A stretch of 64,000 nt of DNA. It comes from Bispira polyomma (Eukaryota). The translations under genes were made by a program, and so were the position numbers. Shown here piece after piece: positions 36,247-50,822 of the stretch. The stretch is taken from positions 92,132,001 through 92,196,000 of the forward strand of contig OZ287751.1 in NCBI GenBank assembly GCA_965649765.1. The letters run 5' to 3'. The stretch's first letter is position 1. Every line of letters starts with the position of its first letter. The notes beneath the pieces were generated by a model, which saw only the letters and a list, made by a program, of their open reading frames with translations, ran no database searches and was not told the origin of the DNA.

Positions 36247-39200
36247 ATTATACTTAATTAGACCTTGGTTATGATAATCTGGAAATCAGTACAAATTTCT
36301 CAAAAAAAAGCAATTGTAACACAAAATAAATATATTATAAATCTTGTGACCAGTTTTATTTCATGCTCCACGATACAGTTTATTGGTTAACTGAATAGAA
36401 TTCTTTGAAATATAACTTACATGTTTAAAGATCATGAGTAAATTTTGAGGGTTTGTTTGAACAGTTGTACTTAAAAATCTTACCAACACTTTGTGTGAGT
36501 AATTGTAGGTCAAATGATGGAGAACACAACAGCTGTTGAAAAAGGAAAAATCAATATTTACAAAGTTTCAAATTTGTTTAAATTAAGATACTAAAAATGC
36601 TTAAGACAACGCATTATGAAGCCTAATTTTTAAGTCATTTACAGATGTCTGATAAGAAGCTTAATATGTACTCATGATTTTAAGTTTCTAATTTTACAAC
36701 GACAGAAAATAATGTTTTCTAGTATAACAAAATTCTTGCTGAATCAACTCTCTTCATAATCAAGTCTAGCCGGTTCTATTTCACTCTCTTAAATTCAGCC
36801 TTTTAACTTATCTAAGAACTACAAAAGAGGGAAAATTACATTGTCATGAACTCGTGCTCATCTTGAAATGAGTTAAAAGTTTGGTTCAATACTTATTGAA
36901 TTGATTGCCAGTGTATCTTTATATAGTTTCGTGGTTCCTACTGACACTCAAATATAGCTGAAATACTCAAGTGCATTGCTCCTCTTGGGATATATTTAAC
37001 AATCTGTACTCTGACAATAACTCTGAAGTGAAAACGATTGGTGATTGACGTTTTAAAGATCATAAGGGTTAAAACACCCTTGATTGAGTCACAATTCTTT
37101 AGCTTTTTTAATGGTACAATAGCTATTAGGGTCGAGGTAATTTAAGACTCAGGGTTGTTTATTTGTTCAACACAATTTTTTTTGGGGACTGATGGATTAA
37201 CATAAAATTCCTATATGCACATACAAACATGCATATTTATGTGACAGTCCATACATTAGAACAACAATCAATCTCCTGTATTTATAGAATTTATTATATT
37301 TAGGACAATTTTGTTCATTATGTATAGAACATTTTTTTTTCATGGCAGATGATGTAATTAATTTGCCTCATATAGATTACAGGAATAATTTAAATAATTT
37401 TTTGAGCCATATATAATGAGTAGGTTCTTAAGTCATGCTTTGACTACTAATCAACCGTTTATGGTAACAAGATATTAGCCATAAGGACAGGTTATCATTT
37501 TCATTCCATAAAGTTTTAGCATCTACAGGTGTCCAATATCTACTACATAATCACAAGCTTTGATAAAGGCCAAAAATCACTTATTTTAAATTTATATTCT
37601 CTTGGGCTAACTATATACCACCCTAATGTACTCCTAGTTAGTTTGTATTTATTAAACGTATTATACTTAAACTTGTGTTTAAAGTCAAATCAGGTCACAT
37701 ATAAAAATTTTTTTATTAATGGGAGTAACCCGCATGTTGCCATTCATTTTAATAGAGCTTGACAGAGGAATTTGATTATGAAGTCATATTGTAGATATCT
37801 TTACTATACAGATATATATATATATTTAGCAAGACATATTTTGAGATTTTGGTGAGTTTAACACTTTTAGTCAATCCAGGCCCTTGTTAGCAGTTTGTTC
37901 ATTGAATTGCATTAATTGTTTGCACACTGGGAATGAATGGAAAACTTTTCAAAGAATATACAGTTGAAGACTTTGAAGTTTAACCCTAATTGTATTGAGG
38001 TTATATCACCAGAAATACTTTCTGGGTTTAGGAGTAAACTTAAAACCTATCTCTTCAACCGACGCTTAGCCCCCCTTAGTTCCCTATGTATTTTGGACTT
38101 CTGAATTGGTTAATTGATTTTGTTGTTGCACTTTAGAAGATGCCCCACTTCAATAAGGCACATTAAAAATGGAAAAAAAATACAATACAATTAAGGGAGG
38201 AGGTCAATGGCTCTACTGTAAAGTAGGATTTCCATTAAACGAAGAGGATTTTCACAAAATAGGCCTCTGTGGGACTACACATTTTTCTCCATTTAAAAGA
38301 GAAATTGATTTAACAGAGTTCTACTTAAAGGGGTAAGACTGCGTTCACTTATTCCATTAAGACAAGGGTAGTTGCTCAAGGTTTGCTGCTCTGCAAATCT
38401 TCAAACCACCAGCCTTCCACTCCCGTCAATGCCTATGTGGGAAAGGTGTTAGTTCCTTACTGTGGGCCGCTGGTTTCAGTGCAGAACCTTAATCAACTGT
38501 ATGCAGTGTTTCCTCCAGTGTTTCCAACTACCCGTCCCAATATAACCTGAACAGGTACTAGAGTGGACGTTAAATATCCAAATTATTATTATATACCAGC
38601 CTTCCCCAAGTCTATTACCAACTTTCCCACACACTCCAGGTCCGAGATTCAAACTCATTACTGCAGAATGTGTTACCACTAAACCACGATTTAGTGGCAA
38701 CAGTCAAATTAGTCTTGGTAATAATTTGGAAACTAGAAAATTATATAATTCTCTATTTTTTTTCTCTATACCGATGTTTAAGTTAGTATGAATATTGTGA
38801 TGTACCTTAAAATCTTCTAATATGGGGATTAAGAGCTTGATTTCCTGATTTGTCAATTAATTTCGATCGTTTAAAGTAGTCTTCTACTTAATTACTGACT
38901 GTTGCCCTTCTCAACTAGTAATTAGACTATAGCAATTTCCCTGTGGTGTTTTACACACTGGTTTAACTCCACTCAGGAAACAGAAATTTGTTCAAGGCTG
39001 CAACTTTCATGTACAAGACCATCAAAGATGGGAAAAGGTAGTTTGTATAACTTCAATTTGTAGCAATTTTAATAATTTTAAATCACTTCATTTAGTTCAG
39101 ATGAATAGTCAACCTTTGTCATTGGTTAATTATGAACATGCAACAACTAAAAAAACAACAGCCTTTATGGAAGAGGTTTTAACATCAAGATGACACATAA

Positions 39201-41046
39201 TGTGTAATTACTTTAAACCAATACAATGTAGTAGACAAACAAAAACTCCTAAATACATTGATAGTCTAACTCCCTTTCCTTTGAAAATCTACTCTGTTTA
39301 GTGGAAGTCCTGCCTCAGTAGAGGTATTTCTCCTGCTGGTCCCTTGAGATTCAACTAAAAAGGGCTTGGCTGATATATATAATATGGGAAATCTGGGCAA
39401 GATCAGCCATTAGGTATTTAACTGTATAAATAATCCATGGTTTTTGGTTTTCCCATTTAGAAGTATGTACTCGTGGGGATACAGAAGAGAGCTTAGAATG
39501 TTGTCTCTTGCTATTGGTCAATATTTGATCTCAACTGGTGAAGCACACTCAGGAGCACCTTATGATAATCAGATGTCAACAATGATAGAGACATTTTTTT
39601 ATAAACAGAGTATCTTTACATTGAATGCTTGCATCCCTTAAAATTTTTTTCTGACAACTAGGTTATGTTATACTTTTTCTTCAGTGGATCTACAAAACAT
39701 TTTAAATTAAAAAAAGTTCAAACCTTGTACTTTTTCTTCAGTCGATCTATATATTATTTAAACCTTAAAAGTTCAAACCTTGTAAGTGTTAAGAAAGCAA
39801 ACCATAGTTTTAATTTGAAAAGTGAATCCTTGTACAGTAGTCATACCACCATTTTGTGGACTTCAGGGAGATGTATATCAAAGTGATCTTCATTGCCTTA
39901 GTTGTTTTGTGAAATATAGTGTCACTTCTTTTATACAATAAATTTGATGTACTCGCTATGGCCTAGTGATTAGGGAGTTAGTCTAGGGATCAGAAGGTTG
40001 TGCGGTCCTTGGGTAAGATGTGTACACGCGTCTGCCTAGTGGCTCAGATGACCACTTGAAATGATGGTCCTCTGTCATTGTGTCCTATCTCCAGTGGCAG
40101 GGTAAAGATTATTGGGAACGTTGATAAATGGTGTCATCCTCAAACTTTGCTCTTCAGTTAGGGGAACAACAGTAAGGCATTTGATTGTTACAGTCAGGAA
40201 AGGGTTAATTTGTACTCCAGATGAATACCAGATAAAGGTAGATATATTGCGCCGAGTATAAATTTGAATACAATACAACGATGCTAGTTGCTCCTGTCAG
40301 TTAATTCAAAAATATAAAGAAAAATGAAAATAATAATTTCTTAAAATAGTGTTTATTAATTAACAAATTAGTGATATGTCACATGTAATATATGTAATAT
40401 ATAACAACCTGATTAATATATTGATATCATGTGACTATAATAATAAAAATACAGAGGAGCCTCTATTATCCAAATGTGTTGGGAAAAACATTTATTTTGG
40501 ATAATAGGTTCATACAAGCATACAAGAGAAGAGGCATTTTTATATCAAATTATGGAAAAATGTAAATACGGGAGAAGTGGAAATAAGTTCATAAAGTTAA
40601 ATATTTAGATGATAGAAGTTTGGATAATAGAGGTTCTACTGTATTTATGATAGAGTTTCAGTAAATACATATCACAGTGCACAAAATATATGACAATACT
40701 GAATTAGTAGCCTTTCGCCATTAATACTGTAAATGATATTGTACAATTTATGGAGTATAGACAAATAATGAGACACTAATTAAATACGGATTTTACATTT
40801 ACAAAAAGCATACCAACATTTACATATTTTATTGCTAAGTACTGTATCTAAACACACGACCACATGATCTGTACACGTCAAAGAACAAGTAAATTTATTT
40901 TATAACAAAAAGTTCATTCATATTTTAATATCCTATTTAAATACATATTTTAGTATATATTCATTCATCCGTACCCTATTAGAAATCACTGACAGGTGAA
41001 TATTTTTTATGGATACACGTGATGTACATGAAAACAATGTGATCAA

Positions 41047-41398
41047 CTATGACCTAGTGGTTGGGGAGTTGGTCTGGTGATCAGAAGGTCCTGGGTTCTA
41101 CTCTGAGTACCGGCCCCTAGTTTCCTCTAGTTTCATCTGTGGGATAACATCTTTGGGAAAGATGTGCAGTGGCTAAGATGACCACTTAAAATGGCGGTCC
41201 TCTGTCAGTGGATCCTATGCCCAGTGGCAGGCTAGAGATCCTTTGGGGATGTTGATAAATGGTCATCCTCTGAAGTCTCTCTCTTCAATTAGGGGAAGGA
41301 CAGTAACTGAGGCAGTTGAGTGTTAATCAGGAAAGGGTTAATTATTGCCCTGAATACCAGAAAAGGTAGATATATATGCGCTGAGTATAAATATGAAT
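41047..41398 (+). mobile_element. tRNA-derived SINE, family 2 (CORE-like CCTTGGGCAAG domain)
   Basis: A-box-like TGACCTAGTGG and a B-box-like head. Body shared with ~23622-23810 and ~39956-40275 (+), and ~35480-35695, ~54600-54865, ~58480-58735 (-). Confidence 0.85.
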
Positions 41399-41864
41399 AG
41401 GAACACCATAAAGAAATATATAATCAGTGTATAATTACATGCACGGATGACATGTATGGATGGCTATTTATGCATGTATGGAAAGATTTTAACAAACATA
41501 AGGTATTTAGAAGTTTACAGCCTCAGTAAGGTTTACTTCTGCCAAATTCCCATTATATATTTACACATTCTACCACTCAAACCCCTTAAGGTAGACCTAT
41601 CAACTAATAAATATACTGTATCACATGACATTGTTGCTCATCAGAGCTAAAATAAACCAAGATGCTAATAAAGTTTTTGGCAAATACCTAGCCTTGACCA
41701 AATGTTAAAAACTTCTAAATTTGAAGAAAACAACTAAACTCTCATTATTATTGAAGTTGTTGGCAAAACGCCTAATCTTGACAAGATGTTAAATATTTCT
41801 TTATTAAAGAAAACAATCAAGCTATAATTCAGACTTACTTTGTTAAACAATATATACTGTATTA

Positions 41865-42157
41865 AGGGCTTTACAAACCGCCGACTACACAACACTACAC
41901 GGGACAACATGTCACTATAATATTACTATTCACACCAAACTACACTACATAATCCATAGAAATGTGTAAATGTACCCGCCCACACATAATACTTTTTAGA
42001 GCAACCTAATGACACAACGCTTTTTTAGAGATTTCTCCAAGTTAAATTGCAGTGTGGAGTGGTGTAGTGTCGTACAGGGAGCAGTCTGAATAATTAATAT
42101 ATATTGTTTTATTTCTATTTTTTGCCGTGTCATTTAGTCGGCGGTCTGTAAAGCCTT
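41865..42157. mobile_element. Harbinger-like MITE
   Basis: TIR GGCTTTACA.ACCGCCGACTA...TAGTCGGCGGT.TGTAAAGCC with TTA/TAA flanks. Confidence 0.72.
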
Positions 42158-42321
42158 TTATTCCTATTTTTATTGCCTGGCCAACCAAATAAAGAGTAAC
42201 TTTTCTTTAGTGAGCCTGTATTTGAAATTTTTTTAGCTGGAAAGAACTTGCCTGAGCCTCAGGCCACTAGCATATATTGCTGTACAATTTACATACAATA
42301 TACACAAATATAATACACAGA

Positions 42322-42429
42322 TTACAAATCCAGGGAGAAATTCCTCCCCGTATGCACGACATCCTGTCCATTTTCTTGGTCTTGTTCAAACTTCCGTAAC
42401 AACACATCTATGTCTTCATACTTAGAACT
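42322..42429 (-). CDS. Coiled-coil/CAP-Gly protein, terminal exon
   Basis: Minus strand tttccAG acceptor. 108 nt SSKYEDIDVLLRKFEQDQENGQDVVHTGRNFSLDL-TAA. Phase 0 matches the previous exon. Confidence 0.8.
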   Translation of the reverse strand, partial: SSKYEDIDVLLRKFEQDQENGQDVVHTGRNFSLDL

Positions 42430-44495
42430 CTGGAAATACAAGAATTTAGTAAAACTTTGAATATCCAAACTTCTGTGATCCTAATTTTCAATTTCATGAA
42501 CTCATATATCCAATCCATTTGATGAACTCATATCCCAAATGCATGTTTTTAAAATTGTTTTATGCAACAATCCCTCTTCTATTGTATAAACCTTATGTTA
42601 TCTAAAAAAAACCTCACTTTTCCAACATGTTTAGATAATAGAGGTTCTTCTGTACATGTTCTGAAAAAAATCAATGGTCGTATTTTCCAAAAATTTCAAG
42701 CGCAACACTAATAAGGTTTCCCTATCATATGTGCGACAAAAGGAGGAGATACAAGACACCTGATTACTGGATATTTGAATTTAGAGCTCAAAATTTAGAG
42801 ATAACACATGACAAAACATGCTGTATGGTCATTTTTACCACGATTGGAGGCGTAGTAACATGAAAGTGAACCCTATTCTAAAATGGCAAATTAATATTTT
42901 ACCTGATTCCAGCTGTTTTTACTGCAAAATTACGTTATTGAAGGAACTATATCCACTGGACATCAAGTACAGTACAGACAAAAATTAGTCTTGGCTGTTC
43001 CATCAAATTTACATAGTTAACTTGTGGAGTCAAGACAATGTCAATAGAATCATTTTATTCGAGAAATTTATTTTGTAAATAAATGAACAATAACATATGA
43101 AAACTAATAAATAGTAACCAACATAATATTGCCAAAGTGAACAATAACCGGAAGCATGTCAATATAATTATGTGTAGGGTGACTAAAGGAACAGCCATGT
43201 ATATATGGTCATTTTTACCGTAGCATTGAGCCAATCAAAATCACAGACACTGTGGTGTCATGTTAGAATCTGTTATTAAAATGAATGGTTACAAGTATAG
43301 GTGATTTCTATATACAGGACTTCCACAGATTCTCAGCGCATTAGGAGATTCTTATCAATTTTGGGCTATATAAATGTCTCTATCATTATATGGTCTTCAA
43401 AACAGCCTTGAGTTTCATTAGATAATATGGGCCCTGGGCTAGTGTATTCTTATTCTGAAATTTCTCTCTCAAACAATTTGATTGGCTGAAAATTTTGTTT
43501 TAAAGAATCTGACTGTCTGAGACAAAGAAAATTCTAAGAACTGTATTCTAAGAATGTTTGAGACCTGGGCTTAGGTATTCACAAAGATTGGTACTCTTAA
43601 ATAATACAGAACCCCTCTTATCTAAATATGCTGGGGGGAGCTAGAATCTGTTCTGATTACAGAAGGTCAATAAAATTACATATGTTTTAGAGGTATTTTT
43701 GTTTTTAAAACCACAGGACAAACTTAACGTTAGAGAACATCAATGATTTTATCAAATTAGACTATTCAGATAAAACAAGTTTAGATCACAAATATGCTCT
43801 ACTGGTGTATTTATTTGAAAATGGAAATGATATTTTGTAGTTTAATATAGGTTTAGTTAATTATGGCCAACTTGAGAAATAAATTTTGGCAAGTACTGAA
43901 AGTGAAAAATCAAACTAAGACATCATCCGTCCAGGGAAATCCATTTCTAACATGTCACGGCTGTGTACGAGCTTCTGATTTGCCTAAAACTTAGGTAAAA
44001 TTCAGTATATACACACATTAGCCATTTTTGTCCGTAGTATTCTTCAGTGCAGTAAATACAGTATAATTCAGGTAATGATTTTAATTTTGTCATGTTAGAA
44101 TAGGAATAACCCATTCCAAACCAGGTATTCACCTTTATGTTACTATGTCTCTAGTTGTGGTAAAATTCTGTATATGTACCTGGTTTGTAAAATTGTCATG
44201 TTTTATTCCTTAAACAAATTGACAGTGTTTGAAATTTGACTTTATATTCTCCTTTATCTTTTTGTAGTTACAATATACATTTTAGACAGGTAATATTATG
44301 TGTAATAAGCTACTACATATAGTTTCTTTAATCTGTTACCCAGACACAATCTGAAAGAAATCTGTTATCGGTTAGCCAGACACAATTTTAAATAAAAAAC
44401 CTTTTATTGGCTGTGCCAGATTCTCTGTTATACATTCTGAGAACGGTTATATAATGTGGGATAGTTAACACAGAAATACGCCATTGATCATTTAC

Positions 44496-44602
44496 CTCTT
44501 TATCATACACAGATTTGATCCTTGTTATCCTCACAAACTTGCCGTGGTTTGCAGTGACCTTGAAATATCGCTTGCCCTTGTAAATACCGTCTGTGTCGCC
44601 AA
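44496..44602 (-). CDS. Coiled-coil/CAP-Gly protein exon (second half of the CAP-Gly domain)
   Basis: AG..GT bounded, 107 nt: (L)GDTDGIYKGKRYFKVTANHGKFVRITRIKSVYDKE, matching the CAP-Gly GxxDG...G.RYF...G.FV pattern. Confidence 0.9.
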
Positions 44603-46055
44603 CTACAAAAAATAGAATGCAGAAGAGTCCTACATGTCAATAAGTACTAATAATTTGCTTTTAGTGTGATTTAAATTGAGGACTTGAGCATCAAGAACTG
44701 TGCAAAACATGCAAATTGTCAACTTTTTATAAACAAGCAAGTTTCAGTCAAATGTTATTTCTAAAATTGTAAATTGATTAACCCCTTTAGACCCCTGAGT
44801 TGTTGGTAAGCAGTCGATGGCATTTGTTGCTTCCAGAACCTATATGTCTGTTGGCAAGCAGTTGACACCTCCAAAATGTTAATTTCTTTTATTTAGTTTC
44901 TCGCAATTAGAAATTGTTGGTCCACCAGCCTCTTTTGTTTGAACTCATACATGAGGCCATTATTGAATGCGGGAAAATAATATGTGGTGTGTGTTTTAGT
45001 GATTCTACCCATCTGTAACCTGTGCCCCCAAAATTTCCTTCAGTTCCCAGTGATAGTTTTCTCTTGGGGTCAAAAGTGTTAAATACATTTAGTAAGAAGT
45101 GATAAGAGACCCTCATTTCATTTGCCTATATGTATATAGGATTCTGCGGAGATTTCTGAGCATTTATACTACAAAGTCCATTGAAAGATGTCAGTTTATT
45201 TTGTCTTGACAAAAACAACAAGCCAGACAATGATGTTGGGACTATTTTTCTTGACTATGACTCTGGGTGTGTTCCTTGGAGACTGTTTACAGAGTATTAG
45301 GCATTGTAGAAGCCAATACAGTCAAACCCCTTAAGGTAGAACTCTATTAAGTAATTTTCCCTGTTATGTGAAGAAAAATTTTAAGTCCCATAAAGGCTTT
45401 TCCCCTTCAAATCTACCCTGTTACGTGGAAATCCTGCTTAAGTAGAGGTATTATTCCTGGTCCCCTGAGGTTCAACTTTAAGGGGTTCAACTGTATATTT
45501 CATTACATATGAAGTAACCACAAGTGAATACCGGAAAAGTGTCTCATTACTGACTATTAATGTGTCTACATTAATTAATTTGTGGTTTCCCATGGTCTAG
45601 AGGTTATAGGGAGTTGGTCTGGTGATCAGAAGGTCCCCGATTCAACTCCCAGTGGGGGAAGTTGGTCAGGTGATTAGAAAGTTTTCGGTTTGACTCCTGC
45701 TACTGCCGCTATGTTTTTTGGTAATCCTTAGGCAAGATTTGAACACACCATTGCCTACTAATGATGACACAGGCTATATTGTAGGTCACATGATTAGTTG
45801 ATTGATTCGGCTGTTGCTCTTTAGAAGATGCTTTGCATCAATAAAGCATGTCAAAAATACATAATACTTATGTAAACTTATAAAGTAACTTGCTTCTACT
45901 GGGATTTGATCCCTGGATGTTGTGGATCTTAGGATTAATGATCGAACACACTAACAGTTAAGCTAAAGGGGAAACCCCAGAAGCCAGAGTGTTTAATGCA
46001 CTGACATTGCAGTACAATACATCATAGTATTACAAAAATCTGTGCAGCAACTCAC

Positions 46056-46163
46056 GTGGCTCGTCTAAGCGTATCCCAGTGTATATACGATAGCAGTCAT
46101 GTTCTTTGTCCAGATTACCAATGAATTTAATCACCCCTGAGTGGAAGTCTAGCTTTCGTTTTT
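46056..46163 (-). CDS. Coiled-coil/CAP-Gly protein exon (first half of the CAP-Gly domain)
   Basis: AG..GTGAG bounded, 108 nt: KRKLDFHSGVIKFIGNLDKEHDCYRIYTGIRLDEP, matching G.V.F.G...G..LDEP. Confidence 0.9.
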
Positions 46164-47779
46164 CTATAAAAAGAGATAAATAACACATCACTGACAGAAT
46201 CTTGGTTAAAACTTTGTTTTCTTAGTGCAAATATGTAAATTCTGTGTGTGAAATAAAAAAGACAATTTAATTAAAATGAAAAAAAGATGACTCTTTTATA
46301 TATTTATTGCTATATAGGTAATTCTCTGGAACCTGAATTTTCTTAAATTATGATTTCTATTGATGAACACTTCTCTTTACATAAATTCCTTATTGCGATT
46401 ATCTTCTAGTTACAGTAGGAAGTTAGTATGAAAAATTACAGTAAAAAGGTTGACATTTTGTACAACTGTCAGAAAGATCTCAAGCAACACTTTTCACAAT
46501 GTTTATTGTGAAACTTGTCAATTTTATTATCATTTATTAGATAATCAATTGATAAAAGACACACTTATATGTTTGAGCTCTTTCAAGCTTCTTTCCAACT
46601 TAAGAACTGATTTTTATTGTCAGGTATAGCTATTTAAAAACTGACAGGCATATTTTAAACCTGATTTCATCAGTTATTTCTTATTTAATTGTCGATTCAC
46701 ATAGTACCTGGCAGCTGATTTCAATAACTGATTTCTCCAGAGGTTTTCTAATTGAAAGCCTGATTTACATACTTTACATGTGATTTCTGTACCTATTACT
46801 AGGTCAAACCATACGTCCTCTACCTTAAAGTTTCAGCCACAACATGTATGTGGGAAAGTTGGCAGTAGAGTTGCTGAAGGTTATGGTTTGCAGTTAAAAT
46901 GATTTACAAACTACCCTGTTCTGCTTCTGTCTGCCAATAAACATCCTATTGTGATATTATTATATTCACTTGTTGAAATTTTACCCCAAATCACTGCTAA
47001 AATTATAGATGAAAAAAAAATCATAAATTTTAAATATTTCCCTGAAATTAATTTTCATCTAAGGCTATGTTAAGTTAAAAGCTTAATTCAAGTTTAAATT
47101 AATGTTATCTGTCTCAATCCATTAGCTAAACTTTCCACTAGTCTTATACATTAAATCTCAAACCAATTTCACTACATGTTGTCTTCAGTGGTCTTGTGGT
47201 TTAGTGAGTTAGTCTGGTAATCAGAAGGACTTTGGTTTGACTCCTGGTATAGGGATTTAATCCGGTGATCAGAAGGTCCCTAGTTCGGCATCCGGTTGGG
47301 GGATTTGGTCTATTGATTGGAAAGTCCTTGGTTTGACTCCTATCCTACTAATGCCGCTAGAGTCATTGGTGGCCTAACATCCTTGGACAAGATGAGAATA
47401 TGTCATTGCCCACTGATGACAACCAAGGCCATGTTATATGACTACGCCTTTCAGAGAATGAGCCCATTACAAGATGATATATCAATTAAGCCCACTGTAT
47501 ATGTGCTTCAATATCAAACTCAGAGGGCCGCAGTGGCCTAGTGGTTATAAGTGTCTGCATTAAAATCACTGGCCTCTCATCTCTTGAGATCCAATCCCAC
47601 AGATTCCTTCTTTATGTGAGAAAGCTTGTCAAGTACTTGCCATAGGTCGGTGGTTTACAGTGGCTTCAGCACTGGTTTCCTAAACCACTTAAATTCTGTC
47701 ACGATATGACCAATACTGTTAAAAGTGACGTAAAACCCAAATATATTCAAAAACAAACATGACTACAGATCACACCTAC

Positions 47780-48396
47780 CTTTGCATTTGCCCATATCCA
47801 CCACAACCCTGTCTCCAGTTCTCACTATTCTTGAGTACTTCCTATCTTTACTTGGTGCTGCCTTCAGTAAGGCAGCAGATACACTGCCTGAGCCTGAAGA
47901 GCCCACAGTGGATACAGACATAGTCTTCTGACTCCAGGTACTCGCAGAAGATGGCCGGGGAGAGTCGGTGGTCTTACTCCTCGAACTCTCGTCTAAATGG
48001 ATTCGATTCTCCGCAGATTTTGACCTCCGTAACCTTGCACTGTCTAAACGATCCGTCTGAGATTTAGAGCTATTAGTTTTGCTACTGTCAGATCTGTCAG
48101 TTCTGAGTTCCTTTGACGTATTCCATCTTTTGAAGCCTTGATTTGTATCATCAATAGAGTTTGTAGAGGATCTAAAGTTTGTGAAGCTGGAGGCGGAGTA
48201 AGTGGTGGGTTTGACCACGGCAGTCTTTGGTCGCCGTAGCGATGCTGCCCTGGTTTCCGAGGAATGTGACACGTGGCCATTAGTAAGGGCACTGGTAAGC
48301 CATTCATCACCAAGCAGATTGTGGAGTAACTTGCCCCTTTTACTATGATGTTTTCTGTCAGAAGTCAGTCCATCTACACCATCGTCTCCATCAAAC
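47780..48396 (-). CDS. Coiled-coil/CAP-Gly protein, large Ser/Thr/Arg-rich exon ending at the start of the CAP-Gly domain (VRTGDRVVV)
   Basis: Lies within the 250-aa ORF 47763-48515. Acceptor catAG, donor G|GTAGG; phases 2 and 1 fit the neighbouring exons. Confidence 0.88.
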
Positions 48397-49053
48397 CTAT
48401 GAATATTAGCATAATCAGTAGAAACCTGTATTATCTGAACATGTTGGGAGAGCAAGATTTTGTTCAGAACAATAGCAGATTCATAAAATAGAAGAAACAT
48501 TTCAGTATCAAACAATAGGAAAATATAAATATGGGAGAATGGAAATTAGGTCATAAAATTTCAGACAATATTTCACATATAATTCTATTAGTGATATAAT
48601 AATACATCCTTCCTTATGACCTGGCTATGCCCATGGACTCTACGATTGGATCAATGCGCTTTAGAAGATGCCTAGCATCAATAAAGCGTGTTAAAAATTC
48701 ATAATAATAAAATAATAATTGCGAATTTGACTTGTATGAGTTGCTTATTTAAAGAAAATATAGTATGTACTTGTAAGATACTTCTCATACATATTTTGAA
48801 ACAAATTAAGTCAGGATCATGACATCATCACATGATCATCAAATAATTTAATTAAGTGGTGAGCACCAAATGATCTTGTGATCAAATAAGATGTACATAT
48901 GAAACAATTTTATGACAACAACTTACTAATATCTGAAAAAAACATATTGTTGTTCACATTACAATACATATTTAATGACATTAATTTATTAAATAAAATG
49001 TAATTTTATTTCGTTTTCAGAGCAAGAGGAATAAAATAATGTATACACAATAC

Positions 49054-49181
49054 CCATTTGAAAGTTCTTGCTTGGCTTTGTTTCCTTTTGGGAATGTGGG
49101 TTTTATAACTGGTTTACATTGCAACACGTGGCGCACAGTAGAAATAGCTATGAAGTCATTGTCTTGTTGGTTGAGCAAATT
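49054..49181 (-). CDS. Coiled-coil/CAP-Gly protein exon
   Basis: ttttTAG acceptor, GT donor. 128 nt NLLNQQDNDFIAISTVRHVLQCKPVIKPTFPKGNKAKQELSN(G); phases 0 and 2 fit. Confidence 0.8.
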
Positions 49182-50117
49182 CTAAAAATAGACAGAATTT
49201 ATATCAACAACACATGCAGAAATAAAACATTATTCATGTAAAACAATTAATATTCACTCTTTTCCTGTCATTATCTTTGTATATACAGTAAAACTTGTCT
49301 TTAAAGACCACCCAAGGGGAACCCTAAAAAGTGGTCTTTATTGACAGGTGGTCTTCATATAGAGGTTTATCATTGTTAAACATTAGTCTTGGGAAATTAA
49401 GCTGTGGTCTTTTCAACAGAGATGGTCTCTCTATAGAAGTGGCCATGTTTGATTGTATATTAATTATATGAATGTGATAGGCAGATCTACCATTTTGTAA
49501 AGGAGGGTGTTTACCCGCAGATTATAGTGTGAACATAAATGTTCAAGTTTAGTCCCCTCCCCTGGCTCTGGCTCTATAAAATAGAAGGTGAACTTTAATA
49601 ACGTAAAGTGTTAGTACATAATATTATGCTGAAGTGTTGAAATGAAATCATGAAGTAACTTTTGGGACAATTAGATTCCGATCACATTTAAAAATTGAGG
49701 TCAATCTGAGGTTCTTCTTTTGGGAATACGCTGAAAGTTGACTTTTGTCGCACTTCTTTTCAACATGGACATTCGCTCCGTTAATATTTTATTATTAAAA
49801 CGTACCAATATTACATACAGTTAAACCCCTTTAAGTTGAACATCAAGGGAGAATGGAGAAACACTTCTACTTAAGCAGGATTTCCACTTAACAGAGTAGA
49901 TTTAAAAAAAAGGAAATTGTTTTGTGGGACTACAAATTTCTCTCTAAAAGGAGAATTAAATTGAGTCAACAGAGTTCTACTTAAAAGGGTTCAACTGTAT
50001 AGTATTAGTCTTTATGGAAAATAAGTACTGTTAATGAATGCATTATGCATCATTTTATAGGTCATATGCCATCATTTATATTGTTGAACTTGATTACAAC
50101 GTAAAATGTCTACTTAC

Positions 50118-50261
50118 CTTGATATTTTCCAGTGTCTGTGACTTCTGTATCAGTAAAGTGTCCTTGGCTAAAAGGAGGCGCCTTAAGGTGACATTCTCTG
50201 ACTGGGTAAACTCCATCTCGTCCTCCTTTAACCTCTCTTGTTTATCACAGTCTTCATATTC
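50118..50261 (-). CDS. Coiled-coil/CAP-Gly protein exon (coiled coil)
   Basis: 144 nt EYEDCDKQERLKEDEMEFTQSENVTLRRLLLAKDTLLIQKSQTLENIK; ttttcAG and GTAAGT boundaries. Confidence 0.88.
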
Positions 50262-50444
50262 CTGAAAAAACCCCACCAACAGGGATTTTCATAACTTCAC
50301 CACTACAAACTACACATGTAAAATATACTTTATAGACCCGAAACAATGGCCTTTCTAAAGAAAAAAACCCAACCTTTACTTGTGTTTGCATTTTAGCATC
50401 TGCCGCCGAGAGTTGCAGAAAACAAACTACAGAATCATTTCCCT

Positions 50445-50822
50445 CTAATGTTTGGAACCAATAAGTAGAAATTCTGTTTTCTCTGGATTCAATTTCAATT
50501 TAGAATGATTCATCCAAAGTTCCATTGATGTGAGGCAGCTAGAGAACTGACCAAGGACTTGGGAACATTGTTTTGGCCTTAGGGAACAAAAGATTTGTGT
50601 ATCATCTAAAAGAAGGCAGATCAAAAGGAGATTGGCTCCACTGGCTCTGATGACTTGACCAAAATGGTCTAGATAAGATTCAATCCATTGAATAACAGTG
50701 TCTGACAAACCAAGAATTAAAAAATTCATAGAGTATCTGGTGATTGACAAGTCAAGAAGGGTTAGAGCAACTACACCATTTTTGACCTTAGCAGCTGGGA
50801 TTTTACCTTGCAACTGGAACAC
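50445..50822 (-). mobile_element. CR1/L2-type LINE reverse-transcriptase fragment (intronic)
   Basis: Translation contains LTLLDLS, WIESYL, DDTQI and LKLNPEKTEFLLIGS, typical of L2/CR1 RT, with internal deletions. Confidence 0.85.
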
